A DNA stretch of 55,089 bases from Trichomonas gallinae (Eukaryota). Positions 1 through 10,954 of the stretch are shown piece after piece. The translations under genes and the position numbers were made by a program. The notes under the pieces are model-generated. The model searched no databases. It was not told the DNA's origin and saw only the letters and a list, made by a program, of their open reading frames with translations. The DNA is taken from assembly GCA_008369845.1 (NCBI GenBank), contig MRSU01011293.1:1-55089 (forward strand), written 5' to 3'. The first letter of the stretch is position 1, and every line of letters starts with the position of its first letter.

Positions 1-6
1 ATGTAA

Positions 7-79
7 GGGCCTTTAGCTCACCTGGGAGAGCGTGCGACTGAAGATCGCAAGGTACGTGGTTCAAGTCCGCGAAGGCCCA
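7..79 (+). tRNA. trnF: tRNA-Phe(GAA)
   Basis: Cloverleaf: acceptor GGGCCTT(7-13)/AAGGCCC(72-78), D arm TAGCTCA..TGG..GAGC, anticodon arm TGCGA-ctGAAga-TCGCA, T loop GGTTCAAGTCC. A T-run (Pol III terminator) follows at ~86-91. No encoded CCA. Confidence 0.95.
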
Positions 80-146
80 ATATGATTTTTTCCCTTTTAT
101 CTTAATTGTCACTTTTTGACTAAGTACAAACACATTTTTTTTGGTC

Positions 147-262
147 ATGACTTTTATCGCACCTGTGCATGGGTTCGATTGGAGATCGCACGGTACCTGG
201 TTCAATGAATAAATTGTTCAAATAGATTTTTTCCGGTCTTCTTTATTGTTACTTTTTGACTA
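147..262 (+). pseudogene. Decayed tandem copy of tRNA-Phe plus its 3' flank
   Basis: ..TTCGATTGGAGATCGCACGGTACCTGGTTCAA aligns to ..TGCGACTGAAGATCGCAAGGTACGTGGTTCAA. Downstream GATTTTTTCC..TTGTTACTTTTTGACTA matches the tRNA trailer GATTTTTTCC..TTGTCACTTTTTGACTA. Offset ~140 bp. Acceptor stem lost. Confidence 0.75.
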
Positions 263-575
263 CTTTTTTTAAATTTTGGATGCTTCCGGATAAAGTACAT
301 ATCTATATTCTAAGATTTACCCGACCATTTTTCATATTGATGCTGTCATTTATTGCATATTCAATTGAAATTCATATTCAATTATTTCATGAGACCAGTT
401 TATAGCCTCAATAATTATCCATATTTCGTATATATTATACTATTGATTTAAAAATAGCATTTATGGACATTTTTTTTATATTTCATTCTGTTTTAATTAT
501 TATTAAAAACGAGGTATTTTAAAGATCTGTAAAGTGATATAAACCAATTATTTAAATACAAACAAGATTTCAAAT

Positions 576-1382
576 TTAGTATGTTGATAAAAAAATATTG
601 ATAATTGCCCCACAAGCTAAACCTGCAATAAAAGGATATCTTTGAAAATCAATGAGTGCCAGCAAAACTGATGCTCCACCAAAAAAAATGCCGAATAAGA
701 ATCCAAAAACGAAATTTTGTCCGGGAAAAGTATCTGAAGCTGGATCATCAATTTCTTCGATGCCATTTTCGATTAATGGTGAGTTTCTATGTCTGTGGTG
801 ATGATGATGTTCATTGTTTCCTTCATCATTTCTGTCTTCTCCAATGTTAACGACTGCATGTTCATCTTCATCTTGGACTGTCTGCGTTTGCTGTGGAATT
901 GGAAAATTATGTAAGTTAGGTAAATTAGCTCTGATCATACTTCCTATATCGCGCTGGTTAAACAAAACTGGGAACCATTCTTCTTCTAGGTCAATTCTCG
1001 ATTGCTGTGATCCATCTTCCGTATGATGTGTCTGATGAAAAGATTCACGAATTTCTTGAATTTGTTCTTGCGAATAATTCATACGAGCAAGACGATCAAA
1101 GCCTCGTAAATCGTTGACCACAACTTCCTCTTCTTCGGGCGCGTTGGGGTCATTTCTGTAGAATCCTTGTATAGTAAACTCCATCATTGAGTCAAAACTG
1201 GATAATACTTCCTTGCCGGTGAGAATTTTTCCTCGATAAATTAATGTTAGAATTTTATTCTTAGGAATAGCGACTGTTTTGTCTTGTTTTATCATGTCGA
1301 TGATATAGCTTGTTGTCTCCTCAGGCGGAACTTCAAAAGTAAGATGTTGGTCGGGAGGAAGAATTACGTGAATTTTCAACAT
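576..1382 (-). CDS. Dsc3/DUF2407-like protein (N-terminal ubiquitin-like domain, C-terminal TM hairpin)
   Basis: UBL signature LIYRGKIL; DUF2407-type RGFDRL...IRESF and RIDLEEEW; C-terminal GFLFGIFFG hydrophobic segments. Confidence 0.75.
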   Translation of the reverse strand: MLKIHVILPPDQHLTFEVPPEETTSYIIDMIKQDKTVAIPKNKILTLIYRGKILTGKEVLSSFDSMMEFTIQGFYRNDPNAPEEEEVVVNDLRGFDRLARMNYSQEQIQEIRESFHQTHHTEDGSQQSRIDLEEEWFPVLFNQRDIGSMIRANLPNLHNFPIPQQTQTVQDEDEHAVVNIGEDRNDEGNNEHHHHHRHRNSPLIENGIEEIDDPASDTFPGQNFVFGFLFGIFFGGASVLLALIDFQRYPFIAGLACGAIINIFLSTY

Positions 1383-1479
1383 TTTTGAAAAATGTTAATT
1401 TCTTCAAGTTATTCTGTTAAAAATAGAGCTTATCTAATAATTTCTTACTTGTTTTGCTATAAAAACATCGTTAACCCCA

Positions 1480-1752
1480 GTTTTTTGACATTCTGACATT
1501 GTAAATCCAAACATTTGAATTTTGACATCATAATCCTCACTTTTTTTTTACAATGTAAACTTCATGATTTAAAGAGTTTTGACAGCGTAAAGTCATATTT
1601 TTGACATTATGGCTTTGTAAACTAATCATTTTCAAAATTCTGACATTGTAAAATATATCTTTTTGACAATCCGACGTTGTAAATTATTTTTTTTGGAAAA
1701 TTCTGACGTTGTAAATAATTTTTTTTTTTTGAAATGTTCTGACATTGTAAAG
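1480..1752. repeat. Degenerate ~30-35 bp tandem array, consensus TTTTTGAmAwTCTGACrTTGTAAA
   Basis: TGACATTGTAAA/TGACGTTGTAAA-type cores recur about 7 times between the divergent 1382(-) and 1764(+) ORFs. Confidence 0.75.
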
Positions 1753-1763
1753 TTGAATATCAA

Positions 1764-3035
1764 TTGTTATACAAAGAAGAATTATTAGAAAACCAACTTG
1801 ATAAAGATGACAAAAATAACAAGTCATTACTTACTGATGATGTTTTGCTACATGAAACAGAAAAATTCAATGAAAATTTAATGATTATTGACAACATTAT
1901 TAGAAATAACCAAATTGAAACAGAGGTACATCAAATAGTCCAAAAGTTATCAGAAATCTGCAGATATTTTGCATTTTGTAATCAATATAATTCATATCAA
2001 AATAATTTTCCTTTTGAAATGTTCTTAGCTATATTGAACTTGGATATTCCAATAGAAATACTAGCAAAAATTTTATCAAGCTTTCGTTTAATCAAATTTG
2101 ATGAACATCAAATTAATATCTTAATTTCAGATGAACATTTCATGCACTTGTTGTATAATTTGACTTCAAATATGGATCTAGATGAAGATATACAACTTGA
2201 TATAATAGAAATCATTCAAAAAATGATTAATTCACCTGAATTATTGATTTCATTCAAGAGTCACGAGTTCTTTTCTTTATTGAATAATTTAATGCCAAGA
2301 ATATCAACAATACGTCTAATACAAACATGCATTTCTTATTCAGATCCAGAATTTGGAGATAATTTATACCAAATTCTTTTAAATCATGTTGAAACATACG
2401 ATGAACTAGCTAAGTATAAGATAATTAAGTGCATCATTAAGATATTAGAAAAATTTGAATTTGAAATTGATGAAAGACTAATTAATATTATACCAAGCTG
2501 CATTCAGCCATACAATCAGAAGCTTGCTCGATATGCGTTTGATATTACTTCGTATATTAATCCTGCACCTAATTTTCTGCGCGAAATTTTTAATTTTTTA
2601 ACCTGTTGTGAGAGTTCTGGCGCTGCATTATCAGTTAGCAACTTATTATTACAAAATTATGAGCAATGGCATCTGAATATCAGCCAGAATCGAATTATTG
2701 GATTATTAGAACAAATTCAAGAGCTCCCTTTCGATAGTGCAGCTCCTATTACATTCGCTTTGATGCATTATGTTGATATTAATCTATACGAAGAACATGA
2801 AGCGAATATTTGCAATTATTGCCAGAAATTTTTAGAATACAAAAGTTATTTTGGATATTTCATTAGCATTATAGGACAAATTTTACATATCCATCTCACA
2901 AAAGCTGATATTGAACAAGAATTCGTCAACTTTATTATAGAAACAAGAGATATTATCACTGAAAGTAATGAACTATCTGAAACACAAGAAGCAGAGAACT
3001 TTCTTGAGTTATCTTCACAGTTATTGCAAGACTAA
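1764..3035 (+). CDS. Hypothetical alpha-helical (ARM/HEAT-like) protein; start uncertain (TTG at 1764, first ATG at 1881)
   Basis: 423-codon ORF, Leu/Ile-rich amphipathic pattern, ends TAAA. Confidence 0.65.
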   Translation: MLYKEELLENQLDKDDKNNKSLLTDDVLLHETEKFNENLMIIDNIIRNNQIETEVHQIVQKLSEICRYFAFCNQYNSYQNNFPFEMFLAILNLDIPIEILAKILSSFRLIKFDEHQINILISDEHFMHLLYNLTSNMDLDEDIQLDIIEIIQKMINSPELLISFKSHEFFSLLNNLMPRISTIRLIQTCISYSDPEFGDNLYQILLNHVETYDELAKYKIIKCIIKILEKFEFEIDERLINIIPSCIQPYNQKLARYAFDITSYINPAPNFLREIFNFLTCCESSGAALSVSNLLLQNYEQWHLNISQNRIIGLLEQIQELPFDSAAPITFALMHYVDINLYEEHEANICNYCQKFLEYKSYFGYFISIIGQILHIHLTKADIEQEFVNFIIETRDIITESNELSETQEAENFLELSSQLLQD

Positions 3036-4930
3036 ACAATGGTATCTACTGTATAATGCGCTAATATGAATAATCTTTTTACTTTTTCAAGATCTCGTTC
3101 CAATGAGAGTCTTTGATATTAATATAATCTATTAATTGCAAAATTTTGAACCTAATTCCAATGCATTCGAATTAGATAATATCTCATTACGCTCATTTTT
3201 TACTACATTCATAATCCGATTGTTGAAAGTTTATAATAGCAATAATAAACATTACCACTTCAATACATTTTCTGTTTTGAATACAGAATGATCTACAAAA
3301 CACATGTAAACATGAGTGATAAGTAACATTTCCCATATTATAAGCATGTTGATAATTGCTGTGTTAACAAAATACATTGGTTTATCCATGGTTTTAAGAT
3401 TAAGATCGATTTCTCCAAATTTGGAGAAAACTTCTGACTATCGACCAATACTAGTTATATGCAACCAGCATCAAGTTGCTTGCTATTTGGTCACAGACTT
3501 CACACACGAAAATTCGCTTAGTCATAACCGAGATTTTATTGCGGCATATAAGATGAACCCGACGAACGGATTTCATATCATTTGCTAATTTTCGAAATTT
3601 TCCGAAGAATGTAAATTTGCAAAAATATTCTCAGCAATTAAGAACCGATTCCGATGAAGAAATGAGTCAAATACATCATAAATTTGTGCATGATAGTTAG
3701 AGGAAGGCATACAAAGTTTTCATAACATGTCATTTTGAGACTGAACTTTTACGTTGAAGAATTTTTGAAATTATAGTCAAGATATGACGATACACATGCA
3801 TGTTGGTCTGACGTATGACGGGTCTTTCCATTTTCTTCTCAATTGTATAAAGATTAAATTCGGATTACAGAAATTCAAAGCGTAAAAAAAAACCTAAGAT
3901 TTTCATATACTACATGAGTGAGTGGTTATTTGATGTGATGTGAACCGAACGTAAAACAATTCAAATAGTTGAGAAAATAGAAGTAAATTCAATAGTCACG
4001 TGGTCCATGGATTTTAATAGGAAATATGAGATCTATGCATACATAGGTAGTGAGATATGCAATAATTTCGAAAATTTTGCGTATTGCTCCTTTATATAGG
4101 AAATCCTATTATATACATGAAGTAAAAGCGATATGTCGGATAGGAAGTTATAACCAAATTGATAAAAACAGAAAAATACGATAATTTTGGTTTTGAGATA
4201 AAACCTTGGGCTCTCAATTTTTTCAGCCATACGATTATTTTTACTTCAAATTTGAAAGTTATTTAAAACAAAAATAATCATAATCATAATAATATCCGTT
4301 TTTAATTAATTTAAGAAATTGCTATTACACCCGTAAATTATGAAATTTCATATAAATTTTTTATTGGCAACCTAATTTTGTATTTAAAAATTATAGTCAA
4401 ATGATTCGATTAAAGAAATCAAAAAATTTTTGAGAAGCCATCGTTTTTGTAAATCAATCAACTTTGAATGGATTCTTCAAAAATAGCATATTCGTAAACA
4501 TTATACAATGTGAATCTCGTTTCTGCTAAAATTAAAATTTCGAAAAAACTATGAATTTGTAAACTTATCAAAAATTGAGGCTAGCTAGGCCGCCTGTTTT
4601 ATGACATCTATATATATCATATAGTAATATTACGAAGTTTTGAATTGAATACTTGAAGATTTTGATAAAAAACATAGTAATTTTGATAAGAAAATATATA
4701 TAAATAGACTTATAATTGTCATGTATATCCAAATAAATAAAGAAAATAGATAAAGGGGTCGGAGAAAATGGATAAATTTTTACCCTTTATTTTACCCTCC
4801 CATTAACAAGGCTCTCAATTCCTCTCAATTAAATTGATATGTCATTAGGTCATGATTCAGAGTGATTTTGTGAAGATTCTGAAAATTTGATAGAAGACGT
4901 GGTCCAGGCTTTGATAATCATAAATCAACA

Positions 4931-5545
4931 ATGTTCAACGCAAACACTGTTCCGATGTTCTACTGGATGATGAATGATGCTGACAAGGTCCAGTACAACT
5001 GTCTCAGATACTCTATTGCTACAACAGCGAGCAAGAACCAACGCAACAAAAGAATTTCTACATTCAACGAGGCAATGGATGCCATTAAGATGTTTGCAAT
5101 CCGCGGAGATTGCAATGATAAGATCAGATCTTTAGTTTGTGGTATCTGCTGGCTTAACGAAGGTATCGCAATCAACACACATCAGCTCAAAACATTACTT
5201 GGTAAATGCAAATCTTCAATTAATGGATCTCTCCAGAAGATTGGATTCACATCCAACCTCTCAAGAGCCGAAACAACAAATGCAATGACAAGATTCTTCC
5301 CATTTCTCAATGAAAACCCAGCAGAGTTACGCAAGTGGTCTGTTAGAAATTATCCACAACAGTCCTCTGAACTTGCTTCTCCAGCTCAGGTTCAACACGT
5401 TGAAGAACCTGCCAAAGAAGAAGTTGCAATTGCTGTTGAAGATGTTAAGAGCAAGATTCCAGTCCATGAGATTGACTTCGAAGCCTCAATGGACTACTTC
5501 TATGAACCAGAAATCACCGAGTGGGCTTTTGATGATTTTGCCTAA
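4931..5545 (+). CDS. Initiator-binding domain (IBD, IBP39-like) transcription factor
   Basis: Motif RSLVCGICWL..GIAINTHQL..LLGKCKSSINGSLQKIGF...ELRKWSVR typical of the trichomonad IBD family; acidic C-terminal tail. Confidence 0.88.
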   Translation: MFNANTVPMFYWMMNDADKVQYNCLRYSIATTASKNQRNKRISTFNEAMDAIKMFAIRGDCNDKIRSLVCGICWLNEGIAINTHQLKTLLGKCKSSINGSLQKIGFTSNLSRAETTNAMTRFFPFLNENPAELRKWSVRNYPQQSSELASPAQVQHVEEPAKEEVAIAVEDVKSKIPVHEIDFEASMDYFYEPEITEWAFDDFA

Positions 5546-6487
5546 GAAGATTTTGTTATTTTCTTCCGATTTTAGTGCGTTTATTATCCGAATTAATATT
5601 TATATATTTGTTTGTAATGTAAATGTTAAGGATATTGTATTGAAAATCGCTTATATTTACTCGATCAAAGCTCGATCAAATAATATTCAAGTATAATAGT
5701 GATAATAGACTTGTTATGAAGCATCAGTACAGATGAAATATATTAAATATACAATAAATATGTTTATATCCCAAGCATTAACAACTTCCTTTTCTTCAAT
5801 ATACTGAAATATCAAGGGATAATTAGCTGTTATGATTCCTTATTATATGCATGAAACATTTCCCATTTATGAAATAATCAACTCCTATTAAATCTATAAT
5901 CGATAGAATGGATTATATATTATTTGTATCTCTAGAGTTGTATCGGAACAAGTTTAGAAGTTTTTAAACTAAAATGCTTACATTGAAACATGAAAATGAC
6001 TATATTTCGTTAAACTTTTGTTGATAATAATTACATGCCAGCGATAATTTGTAATTCTCGTTGATTTCTACAGTTGCATGAGATAAAGGAGTTGCAACAT
6101 TGTCATCAGGAGAGAATCTTGGATTGAATAACGCTAATATTATCGGGAAATATAATCAACTTCCGTAAAATCTACGTAATTGAGCTCTATACACATTAGT
6201 AACTTATATAAAGCAATCTTTTTGCCCCTTGACCCTATTTTGGCTGCTTATTTGAATACATGAAATTCATTAGGAGGATTTTCGATTACAAGCGATGCAT
6301 CGACACTAGACACTTCTTTGATGACAACCGATACACCACTACATTTCTGAGTGAAATAGAAGATAATAACAAATAATAATAGAAGATAAGCTTAACTAGA
6401 ACTTAAATAGTTGAGCTTATTATCATAGATATAATGCACTCATATAGTTCATCCTAAATTTTCTTTTAAGCATGAATGCTAACAAAG

Positions 6488-6960
6488 TGATTTTGAATTC
6501 TTGAAAAAATATTTGTTTTAAATCAATATTCGCATATAAATAGTCTTAAAGTTTCTTAGATAGTATAATTGTCGCCAACAATTTGCCGTTTGTCTTGAAC
6601 AAAAAATAGATTTGAATTTTTCAAAAAAATATTTATTCTAATTCATTAAATCACATAATTATAATATAATATCACATTAGGTAATATAAATGTCACGAGC
6701 AATTTGATGCTTGTCTTGATCAAAAAACATTTTTTAATTTTTCATAAACAAATATTTATTCTAAATCAATAAATCATATATAAAACACATAAGAGCATCT
6801 AAAGAAGTATAAATGTCGCGAGCAATTTTCCGCCTACCATTAAGAAAAAGATGATTTTGATTTCTTGAAACAAATATTTATTCTAAATCAATAAATCACA
6901 TTTAGATAGAATATTATCATCTTATATAATATATGTGTCATGGACAATTTGCTGGTTGTC
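6488..6960. repeat. Four degenerate ~122-bp tandem units upstream of TBCD
   Basis: Anchor AATATTTATTCTAAATCAATAAATCA at 6508, 6628, 6751, 6873. Anchor TGTCrcgAgCAATTT at ~6570, 6691, 6814, 6936. Confidence 0.85.
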
Positions 6961-7016
6961 GTGGCTATTTATAGATTCACAAAAAAAAAAGAAAAATGCA
7001 CGTTTATCAAAAAACA

Positions 7017-10000
7017 ATGAGTGAAACAAAGCTCGGTGACGCAGACATTGTCTCAGAGCTTGTCATATCTGAGAACAAGGAGAAGGATGAGGAGAAGAAA
7101 CCACTCGTCAATGTTGATGATATTGTCCAGGATTCGACAATTATGCTCGAATTAGCTCAAAGATTAGCAAACAATTTCGAAGATGTTGAAGCAGCTGGTA
7201 CTCTTATTGAATTAGTTGCCCCATACATCGAGTTTCCACAGCTTTTAGACAAGACATTAACAAAATTAATGAGCTGTTTAACGAACGCTTGCGTTGGTGC
7301 ATTAGGAAAGACAACACCGAATATGATATACATGTGTATTTATAATTTATCAAACATTCGCGGATTCCGTGAAATTTTACCTTTATTCCCGAATCAAGTT
7401 GAGTTATTTGAGCCAGTTACAAAGACTTTCTGCCAGGATATGCAATCATGGGAAGTCAAATTTGTCCTTTGCTTATGGCTTTCACAGCTTTCTCTTGTTC
7501 CATTCGACATTTCAACAATTGGAGCTACATTGGCTGATGATTTGATTGAATGGGGCACTAAATTGCTTAGCTCTCCATCACGCGCATCTGAATCATCTGC
7601 TTTCTTCTTATCCAGGCTTCTTGCTCGTAAAGATATGGTTGAAAGACGCGCAAAGTTCATTAAAGAAGCATGTGAACAAATCAACACAGCATCAGAACGC
7701 TTAGTCACTAATTATTTACGTACATTATTCTGCATTTTCAACAATGCTGATCACAATCTCGTTTCACAGTTCGGAAAATTAGTCTTTGACAGCACTCAGT
7801 GCCTTTCTGAATCTCCATCAGCTCACCACCGACTTTTCCAAATCAAAATCATCCAAAAAGTTGGCCTCGCATTTCTTCCGCCAAGAGTTGCTAAATGGCG
7901 CTACCAGAGAGGCGCTAGGACACTCAAGATCGGCGACACAAACACAGAGACAGCAGAAGCATCAGGAGACTCACTCTACAAGAACGAAGACGATTTCTAC
8001 GTCGACGAGATCGTCGAACAAATCTTGGCTCTTTTATTCGATGCTTTGGAAAGCCACTTAACAGTTGTCCGCTGGTCAGCCTCCAAAGGCATTGCACGCA
8101 TCGTCGAGAGACTCCCTTACAACGATGCATCCCAATGTGTTGACTATTTGTTCCAGTTATTCGAGCAAACAGACAACGACAACTTAATCCACGGATCTTG
8201 TTTGACTCTCGCCCAGTTCACATTAAGAGGCGTCATCCTTCCTTCTTATCTTCCACGCGTTATCCCTATAGTTTTGAACGCTCTCGCATACGATATTCCA
8301 CACGGTAACCACGTCGTAGCTGAGAGTGTTAGAGATGCCGGTTGCTTCGTTTGCTGGGCTTTCGCAAGAAGCTACGATGGAAAAACACTGGAAAACTTCG
8401 CACTCAAAATCGCTCAGCAGCTCGTCAATGTCTTCTTATTCGACAGATGCGTGAATGTCAGAAGGTCAGCTAGTGCTGCCTTCCAGGAAAACGTCGGCAG
8501 ACACGGAAAGTTCCCGCACGGACTTGAGTTAATCCACATCGCAGACTTCCAGACAGTTTCATCTAAGGCTGGCTGCTATTCTAGGATCTGCAAGTTCGTC
8601 GCTCAGTTCCCAGAATATGCATCATCCATCGCCTCATTCCTTATCAACGACAGATTGAAACACTGGGACCAGGAAATAAGAGAACTCGCATCAGGAGCAG
8701 TTGCTATGCTTGCAGTTGAGTTCCCTGATGTTATTTCTCTCGAGTTAGTCGATGAGATCTGCATTCACTGCATGAGTGTCGATGTTGATGTTAGACACGG
8801 TGGCCTTGAAGCGTTGGGAAGACTCCTTAAGGTCAGAGATGTTGATGATGATGCAGTCAGACATTTGCTCAAATTAGAGGCAACATATCAAATCGACAAC
8901 GTCAGATGCGCTTTTATTAAGATGATTTCAGCTGCCGCAAAACGTGGCCATAATGTTGAAAACTTCGCGCAGGACATGAAGAGCTGGCTTATTGATGGAA
9001 CACCAGAAGTTCAGGCCGCTGTCGTTGAGTCTCTCAACTATTTAAATTCTGATGAAGAAAAGAGGGTTTTGGATGATCATTTCTTCAGCGAGTTACTTTC
9101 CATGCTTAAATCTCCAGGTGTCGCTGCTGCTTTATCTTCGTTCCCGAAGAGTTTTGCAGAGAAGAATATCGCTAATATCGTCGAGCTTAGCAAGCAGATC
9201 TTCGAAGACAAAGAGTCGATCACTGACACAAAGAAGAACATCGTCGATGGATTAAATTACATTTCACAATTCCTCAGCGATGAAGATTTAGTTTCTCTTG
9301 TCAAACTCGGCCTAAACGACAGAACAGTCACAAAGAAAGGTGATGAAGGTTCCTTGGTTAGAGGACCAGCTTTGAGAGCTGTCGACGTTTTATTAACAAA
9401 GCGCTCAATCGGCAATGAAATCGTTATCGACGTTTTGAAATTGTGCCTCGATAAAATCTCTGGAATCAGAGAATACGCTATCATTCAGCTCCTCAAGATT
9501 GCCTACTTCACACCAACATTGAACAACAGAGAAAACATCTTAAGGCTTCTCAAGACACAAACAAATAAGACAATTCCAGATTTCGATTCATTGATCAAAC
9601 TCGAAGATGTTCTCAAAGTTTTGACGAACGAACCAGACGCACCAAAGTGGTCACAAATTGTCAGACTCGCTGAAGTTCAAAACATCAGCATCGAGGCATT
9701 CAACGCTTTAATCGTTGTACCAGAATTCGCTGAAACAGTCGTTGAAGGTTTGATTTCTTGCAGCGGCGCTTTTGCTCCAGACTTATCTAAGAGATCCAGA
9801 AATGCTTTGCTGTCATTCATGAGGAAGAAGAACACAGATAATGCTGCTTTGGTTTCTAGTATCATTATTCAGTTGTACACAAAGCAGTGGGGTATTGTGA
9901 ACTTCCAGAATTCATTGTTCGCTTTCCTCCCGCTTTTCTTAGGCAGTGGAGTTTTGGCAGGCGAAAATCTTCAAAAATTCGCTGACCAGTTTTTGACAGT

Positions 10001-10418
10001 TACAGAAAATAAGTATTTCAACAAGAAGACACCACAGAAGCTTCTTAGAATCACAAGGGTTCTTGGCTCCTTCGCTGCTGTTTGCGATGGTACTGAAATG
10101 AAGCGTGCATTTATTCTTCTTGCTCCACTCTTTGTCTGCGAATATGCAAATGTTAGAGATGCTTCTGCCAATGAATTATATTCGAATTTGAAGGCTAGAT
10201 CTGTTTCATCCAATCCTCTTCCATTCAGCTTCGAGCAGGCTGAGGAGATCCTCACAAAGACACCATGGAGAGATACAATCAGCGCTGAGGGAATCCAGAA
10301 ATTATGCGCACTTTACGGCGTTGACGCTCCAGATGTCACAGATGCTGATGCACAGCAGCCAGCAAATGCTAAGAGAGAATCATACAGCTACGGCCTTCTC
10401 GCTAAGTCAATGTACTAA
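7017..10418 (+). CDS. TBCD: Tubulin-specific chaperone D (tubulin folding cofactor D); alternative ATG at 6996
   Basis: WRYQRGARTL, TVVRWSASKGIARI, VRDAGCFVCWAFARSY, FDRCVNVRRSASAAFQENVGRHGKFPHG, GDEGSLVR are TBCD-conserved blocks. Confidence 0.95.
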   Translation: MSETKLGDADIVSELVISENKEKDEEKKPLVNVDDIVQDSTIMLELAQRLANNFEDVEAAGTLIELVAPYIEFPQLLDKTLTKLMSCLTNACVGALGKTTPNMIYMCIYNLSNIRGFREILPLFPNQVELFEPVTKTFCQDMQSWEVKFVLCLWLSQLSLVPFDISTIGATLADDLIEWGTKLLSSPSRASESSAFFLSRLLARKDMVERRAKFIKEACEQINTASERLVTNYLRTLFCIFNNADHNLVSQFGKLVFDSTQCLSESPSAHHRLFQIKIIQKVGLAFLPPRVAKWRYQRGARTLKIGDTNTETAEASGDSLYKNEDDFYVDEIVEQILALLFDALESHLTVVRWSASKGIARIVERLPYNDASQCVDYLFQLFEQTDNDNLIHGSCLTLAQFTLRGVILPSYLPRVIPIVLNALAYDIPHGNHVVAESVRDAGCFVCWAFARSYDGKTLENFALKIAQQLVNVFLFDRCVNVRRSASAAFQENVGRHGKFPHGLELIHIADFQTVSSKAGCYSRICKFVAQFPEYASSIASFLINDRLKHWDQEIRELASGAVAMLAVEFPDVISLELVDEICIHCMSVDVDVRHGGLEALGRLLKVRDVDDDAVRHLLKLEATYQIDNVRCAFIKMISAAAKRGHNVENFAQDMKSWLIDGTPEVQAAVVESLNYLNSDEEKRVLDDHFFSELLSMLKSPGVAAALSSFPKSFAEKNIANIVELSKQIFEDKESITDTKKNIVDGLNYISQFLSDEDLVSLVKLGLNDRTVTKKGDEGSLVRGPALRAVDVLLTKRSIGNEIVIDVLKLCLDKISGIREYAIIQLLKIAYFTPTLNNRENILRLLKTQTNKTIPDFDSLIKLEDVLKVLTNEPDAPKWSQIVRLAEVQNISIEAFNALIVVPEFAETVVEGLISCSGAFAPDLSKRSRNALLSFMRKKNTDNAALVSSIIIQLYTKQWGIVNFQNSLFAFLPLFLGSGVLAGENLQKFADQFLTVTENKYFNKKTPQKLLRITRVLGSFAAVCDGTEMKRAFILLAPLFVCEYANVRDASANELYSNLKARSVSSNPLPFSFEQAEEILTKTPWRDTISAEGIQKLCALYGVDAPDVTDADAQQPANAKRESYSYGLLAKSMY

Positions 10419-10954
10419 AAATATATCTTATTATTTAACTTGGCTTCTTTCTATATAGTAATAATACATTAATATAGAATAATTAATTTATTGGGGATTT
10501 GAAGAATATTTCATATATGGTGTGAACAATTCGATACTTATTATATCAATAAAATGTCGAAATTCATGAGATATTATTCAAATTTTCCTAAATTTGCATT
10601 GTCAATAATATAATTCTTTTATATGATTTTTAGTCGAAAATCCATTAAACTGGAGACGCTTAATCCATTCATTGTTTTATAAATTAAATTGAATTTCAAT
10701 TTTCGTGCCTAATTCATAAATATTTAAATAGGGGATGATTGCATTCAATAGAAATTGAGGTACCAGCATAATGAAAGCCTGAAATAGAAGAACTTTCTAT
10801 CAAAATTCCTGAAATTAGACAAGAAATTAAGATAGTCACAAATAACTACATCATTATTTCTATAAAGCTATATTACATACAATGAACTTAAAATTGGCCT
10901 TTAAAATTAGTCAGAAGCCAGGTTTTAAATTTTTAAACGTGCACTTTTTAGAAA

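Noticed and set aside
6318..6350. TGATGA...CTGA snoRNA-like pair
   Set aside because: Too short, and only about 8 nt of possible rRNA complementarity.
6488..6960. CRISPR array interpretation of the repeat/variable pattern
   Set aside because: Eukaryotic context, no cas genes, and repeats are long, AT-rich and non-identical.
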